Source: Gammaproteobacteria bacterium (lineage in GTDB: Bacteria > Pseudomonadota > Gammaproteobacteria > Magnimaribacterales > D2472). From it: a stretch of DNA of 64,000 nt. Position 1 is the first letter of the stretch; each line of letters starts with the position of its first letter. The position numbers were made by a program, and so were the translations under genes. A model generated the notes under the pieces. The model saw only the letters and a list, made by a program, of their open reading frames with translations. It was not told the DNA's origin and did no database searches. The DNA is taken from NCBI GenBank assembly GCA_038141865.1, contig JAYQIX010000006.1:315400-379399 (forward strand), written 5' to 3'. Of this stretch, positions 22,203 to 32,080 are shown one piece after another.

Positions 22203-23625
22203 ATGTCTGAAGAAAATATTGGCGGAGAAGACAGTCTAATTGAAGAACGTAGAAAAAAATTAGAGATTCTTAGATCAGAAAATAAAGCATATATAAATAA
22301 TTTTTATAAAGAAAATTATGCTGCTGATTTATCAACTAAATATTCACAACTTACAAAAGAGGAGCTTGAGGATCAAAACATCTCAGATATTTCTATTGCA
22401 GGAAGAATTGTGCTTAGAAGAGTTATGGGTAATGCAAGCTTTGCCACAATAAGAGATGCTAGTGGAGATATCCAAATTTATATTAGTAAAAACACCGTTG
22501 AAAAAGAAAGTTATGAAGACTTCAAGACTTGGGATCTTGGAGACATTGTTGGAATCAAAGGAAAACTTTTCAAAACAAGAACTGATGAATTAACCATAGA
22601 AGCATCTGAAGCAGTATTAATTACTAAAGCAGTAAGACCAATGCCTGATAAATTTAAAGGACTGGCTGACATAGAAATAAAATACAGACAAAGATATTTA
22701 GATATTATGAGCAGCGATGATTCTAAAAAAGTATTTATCGATAGAACGCTTATCATAGAATCAATGAGACAGTCCTTAAAGGATAGGAATTTTATTGAGG
22801 TTGAAACACCAATGATGCATCCAATTCCTGGTGGTGCAGTCGCCAGACCTTTTGTAACAAAGCATAATGCTCTTGATCGAGATTTATTTTTAAGAATAGC
22901 GCCAGAGTTATATTTAAAAAGACTATTAGTTGGAGGTTTTGAGAGGGTTTTTGAAATAAATAGAAGCTTTAGAAACGAGGGTTTATCTACAAGGCATAAT
23001 CCAGAATTTACTATGTTAGAGTACTATGAAGCATATTCATCATTAGACAGAACGATTGAGTTTACAGAAAATATGATCAAAGACGCTACTCAAAAAATTT
23101 GTGGATCATTAAAAATTACTTGGGGTGATGATAGCTTAGATCTATCAAATTTTAGAAAAGAAACATTAGCAAACCTAGTATTAGAACAAAATACTAATTT
23201 AACAGATGCAGACCTTGCTAAACTTTCTGGTAAAGAGTTGCTAGATTTATTTGAAGAAACTGTTGAAGGAAAGTTAATACAACCAACATTTGTAATAGGA
23301 TATCCAGTAGAAGTATCGCCTTTATCAAGACGAAATAACGACAATCCTGACATAGCTGATAGATTTGAGTTATTTATTGGCGGAAAAGAAATTGCAAATG
23401 GATTTTGTGAACTTAATGATCCTGATGATCAGGCTGAAAGATTTAAAGCCCAAGTTGCTGCAAAAGATGCAGGCGATAATGAGGCGATGTCATTTGATGA
23501 AGATTACGTCATATCACTTGAACATGGCATGCCTCCAGCGGTAGGGGTTGGAATAGGAATAGACAGACTTGTAATGATGATCACTAATCAGACATGTTAT
23601 TTTGTTTCCTCAACTTAAATCTTAA
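22203..23625 (+). CDS. lysS: lysine--tRNA ligase (class II), apparent indel ~23592 near the C-terminus
   Basis: Canonical LysS (ETPMMHPIPGGAVARPF, FRNEGLSTRHNPEFTMLE). The expected end ..VILFPQLKS* is in another frame, stopping at 23623-23625. Confidence 0.92.
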
Positions 23626-23755
23626 TTAAATTTATATTTAATTTCTAAGATATTATAAGAGTAATTATTTTTCTGGATCAAATGAATTATGATTAGAAAA
23701 GCTAATAACATCAAGCTGGATCTAAAAGCTGAATTCCATTGATATAGATTTTTAT

Positions 23756-23917
23756 CTACATTTTTATTAAAGAATCAGAAGAGCTCCAGCAGATTGTGCC
23801 AAAAAACTCCAAATTAAAATGCATTCCAACATCTTTATATAAAGATTCACCACAATCACCATAAATTTGGCTAATTGATACAAGAAAAACACAAAAGAAT
23901 TTTATTAAATATTTCAT
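23756..23917 (-). CDS. possible small secreted Cys-containing peptide (53 aa), hypothetical
   Basis: Hand translation: MKYLIKFFCVFLVSISQIYGDCGESLYKDVGMHFNLEFFGTICWSSSDSLIKM*. Signal-peptide-like N-terminus, weak RBS. Below the ORF-track cutoff. May be a fragment, given the indel-prone assembly. Confidence 0.25.
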   Translation of the reverse strand: MKYLIKFFCVFLVSISQIYGDCGESLYKDVGMHFNLEFFGTICWSSSDSLIKM

Positions 23918-23982
23918 ATTTTCAAATTAACTTTTACATTCTAGAACCACAACTTAAAAAGTAATCAGAATATATATATAAA

Positions 23983-24435
23983 TTACCACCTAAATTTATT
24001 AAAGTTTTCAGGATTAGCCCATCCATCTGGATTATTCCATGATCTTTTGTTATTGTATGTATCTAGATTATATGAGTAGCATCTATACGAATTCTCTTTT
24101 CCAGAAAGCTCTTTTTGAAGACCCATTTTAAACATTACATCATCTGTCATATCTACAGATTTTGTAAAAATTATAATTTTAGTACTGATAAGATTTTTTA
24201 TTGTTCCAATATGCACTTCGCTTATTTCAATATCATCCATAACTATAAAAATGTCAGAGTGCTTATCAACCAACTTTGATATAGATGGCAAAATAGAAAT
24301 TTCTTCAATATCAGAATTTTCTAAATTTTGTATTAGCGAAGAAACATCTTTATTTGTAGCAATAACTATCTTTGATAAATTTTCGTTACTAAGGATATCA
24401 ATGAGAGTAATTTCTTTATCCTTAGCTAATTTCAT
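23983..24435 (-). CDS. hypothetical protein (150 aa), translationally coupled to mdh
   Basis: ATGA start/stop overlap with mdh (24432-24435). No family recognised. Trp/Asn-rich C-terminus ..KRSWNNPDGWANPENFNKFRW. Confidence 0.5.
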   Translation of the reverse strand: MKLAKDKEITLIDILSNENLSKIVIATNKDVSSLIQNLENSDIEEISILPSISKLVDKHSDIFIVMDDIEISEVHIGTIKNLISTKIIIFTKSVDMTDDVMFKMGLQKELSGKENSYRCYSYNLDTYNNKRSWNNPDGWANPENFNKFRW

Positions 24436-25430
24436 CTCAATAAATTCTTAACTGCTTCTTTTTCTGAAATGAGTTCATCTATAGATAGTTGAAATTTTGA
24501 TTTTGCAAATTCTGACAAAGTTACATCCCTTTTTATCTCAACTGTACCGTCCTCTAAAGTGATTAATGGATATCCACATATAAGACCTTCAGGCACACCA
24601 TAAGAACCATCACTTGCAACTGCTGCACTAAAGCAATCACCGTCCTCTGTAGTGTTTTCACAAGCAATTATAGTATCTAATGCAGCCTTTGCAGCAGAAG
24701 TTGCAGAGGAAGCTCCTCTAGCGTCAATTACAGCTTTTCCGCGTTGTTGCACGGTTGGAAGGAAGGTATTTTCAACCCAATCGTTATCATTAATAACATC
24801 AGCTCCTCTAGTTCCCTCAATAAAAGCATTTTCAATATCTGGATACATTGTAGGGCTGTGGTTACCCCATATGATCATGTGTTTAATATCTTTAACAGTC
24901 TTGCTAAATTTTTTTGCAATTACAGACTTAGCCCTGCTTGAATCTAGCATTGTCATTGCCATCCATAGTTGCTTATCATTATTTGCTGCATTTTTACCAA
25001 TTAAAGCGTTTGTATTAGCAGGATTACCTACCACAAGTATTTTCGCATTTGTTTTTGCATTTTTGCCTATAGATTCTCCTTGTTTCACAAAAATACCACC
25101 ATTTATTTTTAAAGGATCAGACCTTTCTTCAATTTTTTTACCTTCATAAACAATTCCTCTAGGAATACTTCCTACCAATAAAAACCAATCAGCATCATAA
25201 GAAGCATCATCAAAATTATCTGTGTAACTAACATCACCCATATGAGGAAAGTAAGAGTCCTCAAGCTCCATTACCAAACCCTCTAATTTATCTACGACTT
25301 GTGGTATTTCAACTAAACATAGGTCAACTATTTTGTTCCCAAAAGTTCTTCCATCAACCAATCTTGGTATTAGTGAGTAGGCAATCTGACCAGCAGCACC
25401 TGTTACAACAACTTTAATTCTTTTGCTCAT
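24432..25430 (-). CDS. mdh: malate dehydrogenase (cytosolic-like, LDH/MDH superfamily)
   Basis: VVVTGAAGQIAYSL Rossmann motif, VVGNPANTNA, IWGNHSPTMYPD: typical NAD-MDH. Confidence 0.9.
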   Translation of the reverse strand: MSKRIKVVVTGAAGQIAYSLIPRLVDGRTFGNKIVDLCLVEIPQVVDKLEGLVMELEDSYFPHMGDVSYTDNFDDASYDADWFLLVGSIPRGIVYEGKKIEERSDPLKINGGIFVKQGESIGKNAKTNAKILVVGNPANTNALIGKNAANNDKQLWMAMTMLDSSRAKSVIAKKFSKTVKDIKHMIIWGNHSPTMYPDIENAFIEGTRGADVINDNDWVENTFLPTVQQRGKAVIDARGASSATSAAKAALDTIIACENTTEDGDCFSAAVASDGSYGVPEGLICGYPLITLEDGTVEIKRDVTLSEFAKSKFQLSIDELISEKEAVKNLLR

Positions 25431-25457
25431 TTTTATTCCTTGAGATTTTATGAATAT

Positions 25458-26030
25458 TTAGCCAATTATATTCCTAAAAGTTAAATTTACCCTAGGCGAT
25501 AGAACCTTTTTTTCTTTTTTTATTTCATGCTTCCAAAATGATTGAGTTTGACCACTCATTATCAGAAGATCTCCTTGATTTTGAGCTAATGAAAAACTAA
25601 TTTTTTTATATTTATGCCTAAAAAATATTTTCCTTGTTGCACCAAGTGAAAGGGACGCAATTACAGGATTAGAACCTAATTCCTTTTCATTATCAGAGTG
25701 CAAGCCCATAGAATCCTCACCGTCTCTATAAAGATTGGCTAATACGGAATTAAATTTTATGCCTGTTTCAAGCTCTACAATTTTTTTAATCTCTAATAGG
25801 ATTTGATTCCAATTATTTCTTTTAAGTTTTTTACCTGAATAGGTGTAGTCAACATCTTCATTGGCATACCATGCCTGGAGTCTAGGTATTTTATGAATCT
25901 TCCCAAAAATCTTAATAAATCCTTCTTCCCAAAAAACATCTTCTAAGGTTCTCTTAAACCAATTTTCAAGATCTTTCTCTTTTGTATTTAATTTAATATT
26001 TTTAATAAAGAGGTCGGGGTAATCTTCCAT
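25458..26030 (-). CDS. alkB: AlkB-like Fe(II)/2-oxoglutarate-dependent dioxygenase
   Basis: HSDNE (HxD) ... SFWKHEI ... RVNLTFRNI: AlkB-type jelly-roll motifs. Confidence 0.65.
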   Translation of the reverse strand: MEDYPDLFIKNIKLNTKEKDLENWFKRTLEDVFWEEGFIKIFGKIHKIPRLQAWYANEDVDYTYSGKKLKRNNWNQILLEIKKIVELETGIKFNSVLANLYRDGEDSMGLHSDNEKELGSNPVIASLSLGATRKIFFRHKYKKISFSLAQNQGDLLIMSGQTQSFWKHEIKKEKKVLSPRVNLTFRNIIG

Positions 26031-26149
26031 TTACATATTTTAATTATTTATATTGTAAATTTGTATAGATTATTCTTTTCATATATTTAAAAAATAGTAT
26101 TGGGGAAGTCTTTTGTATAAAATAATGTAAAAATTTAAGGAGTTTGAAT

Positions 26150-27055
26150 ATGTCTATAAGATTTGATGATCAGGTTGCCATTGTTACAGGAGCAGGTGGC
26201 GGATTGGGTAAAGAACATGCATTAGAACTTGCAAGAAGAGGTGCTAAAGTTGTTGTGAATGATCTTGGTGGAAGTGTTGATGGTGACGGTGCTAGCGACG
26301 CTGCTAATGCTGTAGTTGATCAAATCATTTCAGAGGGTGGAGAAGCAATTGCTAATGGTGCAAGTGTTACCGATTTAGAAGCAGTTCAAGACATGGTCAA
26401 AGAAACAATGGATAAGTGGGGAAGAATAGATATCCTTGTTAATAATGCTGGCATTCTTAGAGATAAAAGTTTCCACAAAGATACTATTGATAGTTTTAAT
26501 ATTGTAATGGATGTACATTTTCAAGGAACTTTGAATTGCACTCATACCATTTTCCCGATTATGCGTGAACAAGGCTATGGAAGAATTATATTTACTAGTT
26601 CCTCAAGTGGAGTCTTTGGTAATTTTGGTCAGGCAAATTATGGTTCTGCGAAGATGGCAATGATAGGTTTAATGAATACATTAAAACTGGAAGGGCAAAA
26701 ATATAATGTTTTCACCAATTCAATTACCCCTGTTGCATACACAAGAATGACCGAAGGTCTAATTCCTGAAGACTTTTGTAAAAATCTTCAACCTGAATTT
26801 GTATCTCCAGCTGTTTTATATCTTGCAAGCGACCAAGCTCCAAATGGAGCAATTATGGCTGCTGGAGCAGGAGTATTTTCAAGAATACATATTCATGAGA
26901 CCATGGGTGTATCTCTAGGAACTGGTCAAGATATGACGCCTGAAAATATTGCTGCAAATTGGGATAACATATCTGATATGAAAGACGCGAGAGCTCTCCA
27001 GAATGGAGGAGAGCAGACTCTTATGATATTTGAATTGCTAAATAAAGACTCTTAA
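26150..27055 (+). CDS. short-chain dehydrogenase/reductase, MFE-2 / 3-hydroxyacyl-CoA dehydrogenase-like
   Basis: VTGAGGGLGKEHALELARRGAKVVVNDLGG, NNAGILRD, YGSAK catalytic motif. RBS AAGGAG lies 7 nt before ATG 26150 (the ORF track starts at TTG 26144). Confidence 0.8.
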   Translation: MSIRFDDQVAIVTGAGGGLGKEHALELARRGAKVVVNDLGGSVDGDGASDAANAVVDQIISEGGEAIANGASVTDLEAVQDMVKETMDKWGRIDILVNNAGILRDKSFHKDTIDSFNIVMDVHFQGTLNCTHTIFPIMREQGYGRIIFTSSSSGVFGNFGQANYGSAKMAMIGLMNTLKLEGQKYNVFTNSITPVAYTRMTEGLIPEDFCKNLQPEFVSPAVLYLASDQAPNGAIMAAGAGVFSRIHIHETMGVSLGTGQDMTPENIAANWDNISDMKDARALQNGGEQTLMIFELLNKDS

Positions 27056-27669
27056 GAGACTGAAAAGCTGGGGCGAGCACTTAACATTTCAATATAATCA
27101 TTTAGACATGGATAGTCACCAATATCTATTTTGTTTAGTCTAATTAAAAACTGCAGAGAAACTCCCATCTGAATATCTGCATATGTAAATCTCTGACCGG
27201 CAATGTATTTTGTGTTACCAAGCAATTTATTGAAATGTGCAAGTGACTTTTTTGCATGCTCTCTTTGATTTAAGCCATATTCTGGATATTGATCTTCCAT
27301 TTCTCTCATGGCTGGATGCGTATGCCTGAAACCTATCATCAAAGGATACATTAGCTCATAGGTCACTCTCGAATACCACATTTCTATTGATGCTATTTCT
27401 ATAGGACTCTCTCCAAATAGATTAGGGTTTGGATATATCTCCTCTAAATATCTGCAAATAGCAGTTGTCTCAAGTATTATTGTTTGATCATCAAGAACCA
27501 AAGCAGGAACTCTAGAGTTTGGCGCTATGGCTTTATATTCGGGTGTTTTGTGCTCAAGCTTGGCTAGATCTAAATTAACTATTTCAATATTACTTATGCT
27601 TTTTTCTTCGAGGAAAACTAGCACCTTTTTTGGGCTTGGTGCTAGTTTGCTTGAGTAAAGTTTCAGAAT
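27052..27669 (-). CDS. glutathione S-transferase; true N-terminus probably upstream of the first canonical start
   Basis: GST N-domain SRVPALVLDD plus a C-terminal helical domain. The conserved beta1 strand (KLYSSKLAPSPKKV) is encoded in frame immediately after the nrdB TAA, beginning ATT CTG AAA. Confidence 0.7.
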   Translation of the reverse strand: MLKLYSSKLAPSPKKVLVFLEEKSISNIEIVNLDLAKLEHKTPEYKAIAPNSRVPALVLDDQTIILETTAICRYLEEIYPNPNLFGESPIEIASIEMWYSRVTYELMYPLMIGFRHTHPAMREMEDQYPEYGLNQREHAKKSLAHFNKLLGNTKYIAGQRFTYADIQMGVSLQFLIRLNKIDIGDYPCLNDYIEMLSARPSFSVS

Positions 27670-28911
27670 TTATTCCCAGTTTAAGGCGCCACCTGTTTGA
27701 TATTCAATAACCCTTGTTTCAAAGAAATTCTTTTCTTTTCTTAAGTCCATTATTTCTGACATCCAAGGGAATGGGTTTGTAACACCTTTAAACTCTTCTT
27801 CTAGACCAATTTGAGTAAGCCTTCTATTGGCTATAAATTTTAAGTACTCTTCCATCATAGAGGCATTCATACCTAGAACTCCACGAGGCATTGTGTCTCT
27901 TGCATACTGGATCTCTAATTCTGTCCCTTCGAGAATCATTTGAGCTGCTTCAGCTTTCATTTGCTCATCCCATAAGTGCGGATTTTCAATTTTGATTTGG
28001 TTAATTACATCAATTCCAAAATTAACGTGCATAGACTCATCTCTCAGAATATATTGAAACTGCTCTGATGTTCCTGTCATTTTATTTCTTCTTCCCATGG
28101 ATAGTATTTGAGTAAATCCACAATAGAAAAATATACCTTCAAGCACGCAATAGAAAGCTATAAGATTTCTCAAGAGTTGCTTGTCTGTTTCTTCAGTGCC
28201 TGTTTGGAAATTAGGGTCTGATATTTCTTTTGTATATTTGAGGCCCCACGCTGCTTTTTTTGCAACACAAGGAATTTCCCTATACATATTAAAAATCTCT
28301 CCTTCGTCCATTCCTAGTGATTCAATACAGTATTGATATGCATGTGTATGTATTGCTTCTTCTAGGCTTTGTCTGAGAATATATTGCCTGCATTCAGGAT
28401 TTGTAATTAATCTATATATTGCCAAAACAAGATTGTTTGCAACCAGAGAGTCAGCTGTTGAGAAGAATCCAAGATTTCTTTTTACTATCGTTCTTTCATC
28501 TTCTGTTAATCCATCTTCTGATTTCCATAGAGCAATATCGTTTGTCATATTTATCTCTTGCGGCATCCAATGGTTAGCACTTCCATCTAAATATTTTTGC
28601 CATGCCCAATCATATTTGAAAGGAACTAGCTGATTGAGATCAGCTTTGCAGTTAATCATTGCTTTTTGGTCTACTTCAACCCTTCCACTACTCATTTCAT
28701 CAAGCTCTTTTATGCCTGCTTCAACATCAAGACCAGCTAATGATGATCTTGCTTGTTCGGCTCTATTGCCTTCTTCTGAAGTTGCTTTAAAAGATTCGTT
28801 AGGAGCTTCTTCAAGCTTTACTACAACTTCTTTTTCTTCTTTAGGTTGAGCAGGAGCTTGAGCAACTGCTTGTGTTGTTTCTTCTGTATTATATTCATCC
28901 CAATTTAACAT
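27670..28911 (-). CDS. nrdB: class Ia ribonucleotide reductase beta subunit (long N-terminal form)
   Basis: Di-iron ligand motifs ([28 protein letters not shown]). nrdA lies directly upstream. Confidence 0.92.
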   Translation of the reverse strand: MLNWDEYNTEETTQAVAQAPAQPKEEKEVVVKLEEAPNESFKATSEEGNRAEQARSSLAGLDVEAGIKELDEMSSGRVEVDQKAMINCKADLNQLVPFKYDWAWQKYLDGSANHWMPQEINMTNDIALWKSEDGLTEDERTIVKRNLGFFSTADSLVANNLVLAIYRLITNPECRQYILRQSLEEAIHTHAYQYCIESLGMDEGEIFNMYREIPCVAKKAAWGLKYTKEISDPNFQTGTEETDKQLLRNLIAFYCVLEGIFFYCGFTQILSMGRRNKMTGTSEQFQYILRDESMHVNFGIDVINQIKIENPHLWDEQMKAEAAQMILEGTELEIQYARDTMPRGVLGMNASMMEEYLKFIANRRLTQIGLEEEFKGVTNPFPWMSEIMDLRKEKNFFETRVIEYQTGGALNWE

Positions 28912-28923
28912 TCTATTCTCCTA

Positions 28924-31801
28924 TTATTGGCAAGCTTCACAATCTGGGTCATCCAGCGAGCATGCATCTGGAACTGGAGCTGGTGCACCAAGTTCTTGCG
29001 GCGCTTCTGTGACTTCTGCACTTACCGCGTTTAAGTTTCCTTGTTTTACTGTTGATTTTTCGGTTGAAGTTGCTGCTAAGGATCTTAAATAATATGTAGT
29101 TTTAAGTCCTGAGTACCAAGCCATTCTATAAGTGATATCTAGCTTTTTCCCATCAGCATTATTTATGTAAAGATTTAATGATTGAGCTTGATCAATCCAT
29201 TTTTGTCTTCTGCTGGCAGATTCAACAATATATTTTGGCTCTACCTCAAATGCAGTCGAGAAAAGTTTTTTGATATCATCTGGGATTCTTGATATCTGAG
29301 ATAAACTTCCTTCAAAATACTTAAGATCGTTTATCATTACATCATCCCATAATTTCAATTCTTTTAATTTTCTTACTAGGTGAGGGTTAACAATAGTGAA
29401 CTCGCCTGATAAGTTAGATTTAACGTATAGGTTTTGATATGTTGGTTCTATTGATTGAGTTACACCAGTAATGTTTGAGATTGTTGCTGTTGGTGCTATC
29501 GCCATAACATTAGAATTTCTCATTCCATCACTTGTTACTTTCTTTCTAAGCGTATCCCAGTCTAAGCGTTTCTGAATCATCAACGTTAATATATTGGCTT
29601 CCTCTATTTTCAACTAATATTTTGATAGAATCTTTAGGAAGAATTCCCTGGCTCCAAAGCGACCCTTCATAAGTTTTGTATGATCCTCTTTCTTTTGCAA
29701 GCTCAGTTGATGCATGGATTGCATAGTAACTTATTAATTCCATGCTTCTGTCAGCAAACTCAATTGCTTCATTACTGCAATAAGGGATATTTTGAGTGTA
29801 TAGAGCATCTTGAAAACCCATCAACCCTAAGCCGATAGGCCTATGTTTTAGGTTTGAGTTTTTCGCTGTATCAACTGAGTAATAATTAATATCAATCACG
29901 TTATCGAGCATTCTTATAGCAGTAGAAACTGTTTGTTTTACTTTTTCTTCATCAAGTTTGCCATCTTTCATATGCCTTGCTAAGTTAACCGAGCCAAGGT
30001 TACATACTGCTATTTCATCAGCAGATGTATTTAATGTAATTTCTGTACAAAGGTTTGATGAGTGTATTACACCAGCATGTTGCTGTGGTGATCTAAGGTT
30101 GCATGAATCTTTAAATGTTATCCATGGATGACCTGTCTCGAAAAGCATAGTAAGCATTTTTCTCCATAACTCTTTAGCAGGGATAGATTTAAATTGATCT
30201 AATTCTCCTGCTGCTGCTTTTGCCTCATACTCTTCGTACTTCTCTTCAAATGCTTTTCCGGTCAAATCATGAAGCTCTGGTGTTTCACCTGGTGAAAATA
30301 AAGTCCAGTTCGCTCCTTCTTCAACTCTTTTCATAAATAGATCTGGTACCCAGTTTGCAGTATTCATGTCATGTGTTCTTCTTCTGTCGTCACCTGTGTT
30401 TTTTCTAAGCTCTAAAAACTCTTCTATATCTAGGTGCCAAGTCTCAAGGTATGCGCACATAGCACCTTTTCTTTTACCACCTTGATTAACAGCAACGGCA
30501 GTATCATTAGCAACTTTAAGGAAGGGCACTACCCCTTGGCTTTTTCCATTTGTTCCTTTTATATATGAATTCATTGCTCGAACTGAAGTCCAGTCATTGC
30601 CAAGTCCACCAGCCCATTTTGAGAGCAGTGCATTGTCTTTCATAGCTCCAAATATTCCATCTAAGTCATCCGGTATGGTAGTTAGATAACATGAAGATAG
30701 TTGTGGTCTTTTCGTGCCTGAATTGAAGAGAGTAGGCGTTGAACTCATATAGTCAAAGCTAGAAAGTAGTCTATAAAACTCTATTGTGCGTTCCTCTCTA
30801 TCTTTTTCTTCTATTGCCAAGCCCATAGCCACTCTCATGAAGAATACCTGAGGTAACTCATATCTAACTTCATCAGAGTGAATAAAATATCTATCATATA
30901 AAGTTTGTAAGCCTAGGTATGTGAATTGATTGTCTCTTTGATGCTCTATTGCATTACCTAATTTTTCTAAATCATAGTTTTTTAGCTCTTCATCAAGAAT
31001 GTCTAACTCAATACCTTTATCAATATATGCTTTAAAGGCTTGTGGATAATATTGTTCCATTTGCTCATATGTTGCATCTTCCGCTACACCAAGAAATCCA
31101 AGCGCTTCATTTCTTATCTGGTCCATTAATATTCTTGCTGTAACAAATGAATAATTTGGTTCTTTTTCAACTTTTGTTCGAGCTGACATTATCAAACTTG
31201 ATCTCATATCATCTACAGAGACTCCATCATATAAATTTCTTAATGCCTCATTTAAAACTTCTTCTACAGAAACATCCTCTAGTCCGTCGCATGCATCGTT
31301 TATAAGCGAAGCCAGCCTTTCAACATCTAAAGGAACCTTTGAACCATCACTTTTTGTTATATTTATCTCAGGAACATCAGGAATATCTACAATTGGAGCA
31401 ACTTTTTTTCTTTCTTGTGTTCGACTTGCTCTGTAAAGAATATAGCTCTTTGCAACTTCTAGCTCTTCTGCTCTCATTAACTGAAGCTCTACCTGATCTT
31501 GTATTTCTTCAATGTGCAGCGTCCCTCCTGACGGCATTCTTCTCTCAAACACCTCCATAACGCTCTCAGAAATTTGACTTACCTTTCTATGTATTCTATC
31601 GCTGGCCGCGGCATTACCAGACTCGATTGCAAGGAATGCTTTTGTTACAGCAACTTTAATTTTGTCTTCTTCAAATGCAACAACTTTGCCGTTTCTTTTA
31701 ATAACTCTTAGTCTTCCTGGAGCCGTCAATTCAATCTCATTAACTTCTTGTCCTTGGCTTAACTTTTTTTCTATGTTTTCTGTTTGTATTGTTGTTTCCA
31801 T
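28924..31801 (-). CDS. nrdA: class Ia ribonucleotide reductase alpha subunit, one apparent indel ~29563
   Basis: ORFs 29546..31801 and 28924..29613 join (..NVDDSE / RLDWDTLRKKVTSDGMRNSN..). ATP-cone N-terminus, active-site NLCTEI, C-terminal CxxC tail. Confidence 0.92.
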
Positions 31802-31928
31802 TTCCTATTCCCGTTTTCCCCTAAATTTGTACTCAAAAATCTTCCACTCCGCTAAGAGTTGTTTCTAACTTTTTGGAAGGATTTTGTGTGTCTGCAGTTA
31901 CACTTACCTTTTTTTTCGTTACACCCTA

Positions 31929-31956
31929 ATATTACAAGTTGTGGATAAAGAATCAA
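31929..31956 (-). promoter_or_regulatory. candidate sigma70 promoter of nrdAB (TTGATT-N16-TAATAT) with a DnaA box in the spacer
   Basis: Minus strand reads ttgatt ctttatccacaacttg taatat. About 125 nt upstream of the nrdA ATG. Confidence 0.4.
31940..31948. promoter_or_regulatory. perfect DnaA box (TGTGGATAA / TTATCCACA)
   Basis: Exact 9/9 match to the consensus in the nrdA-glpK intergenic region. Confidence 0.55.
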
Positions 31957-31964
31957 GTAAAAAA

Positions 31965-31980
31965 ACACTATATATTGTGA
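31965..31980. promoter_or_regulatory. NrdR box 1
   Basis: acactatatattgtga matches the remembered NrdR consensus acaCwAtATaTwGtgt at 15/16 positions. Confidence 0.55.
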
Positions 31981-31996
31981 CAATTTACTTTTTTTT

Positions 31997-32012
31997 TCAC
32001 TATATAGTGTAT
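31997..32012. promoter_or_regulatory. NrdR box 2 (weaker; core perfect palindrome cactatatagtg)
   Basis: tcactatatagtgtat, about 13/16 to the consensus. Centre is about 32 bp from box 1, i.e. three helical turns, as is typical of tandem NrdR boxes. Confidence 0.4.
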
Positions 32013-32051
32013 ATATGCTGTTTTTTTGCTGTTGGAAATCAGTGAATAAAT

Positions 32052-32060
32052 TGTGGATAA
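32052..32060. promoter_or_regulatory. second perfect DnaA box (TGTGGATAA)
   Basis: Exact 9/9 match, 21 nt upstream of the glpK ATG. Confidence 0.5.
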
Positions 32061-32080
32061 TTAAGACAATCGGAGTAAAT

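Noticed and set aside
24652-25149. 165-aa plus-strand ORF (and similar shadow ORFs, e.g. 62..292, 2578..2787, 8860..9099, 9193..9453, 15931..16347, 28433..28849, 37455..37802, 53725..54099, 60800..61099)
   Set aside because: All lie antisense to or inside well-supported conserved genes. They have no RBS and show the low-complexity composition typical of shadow frames.
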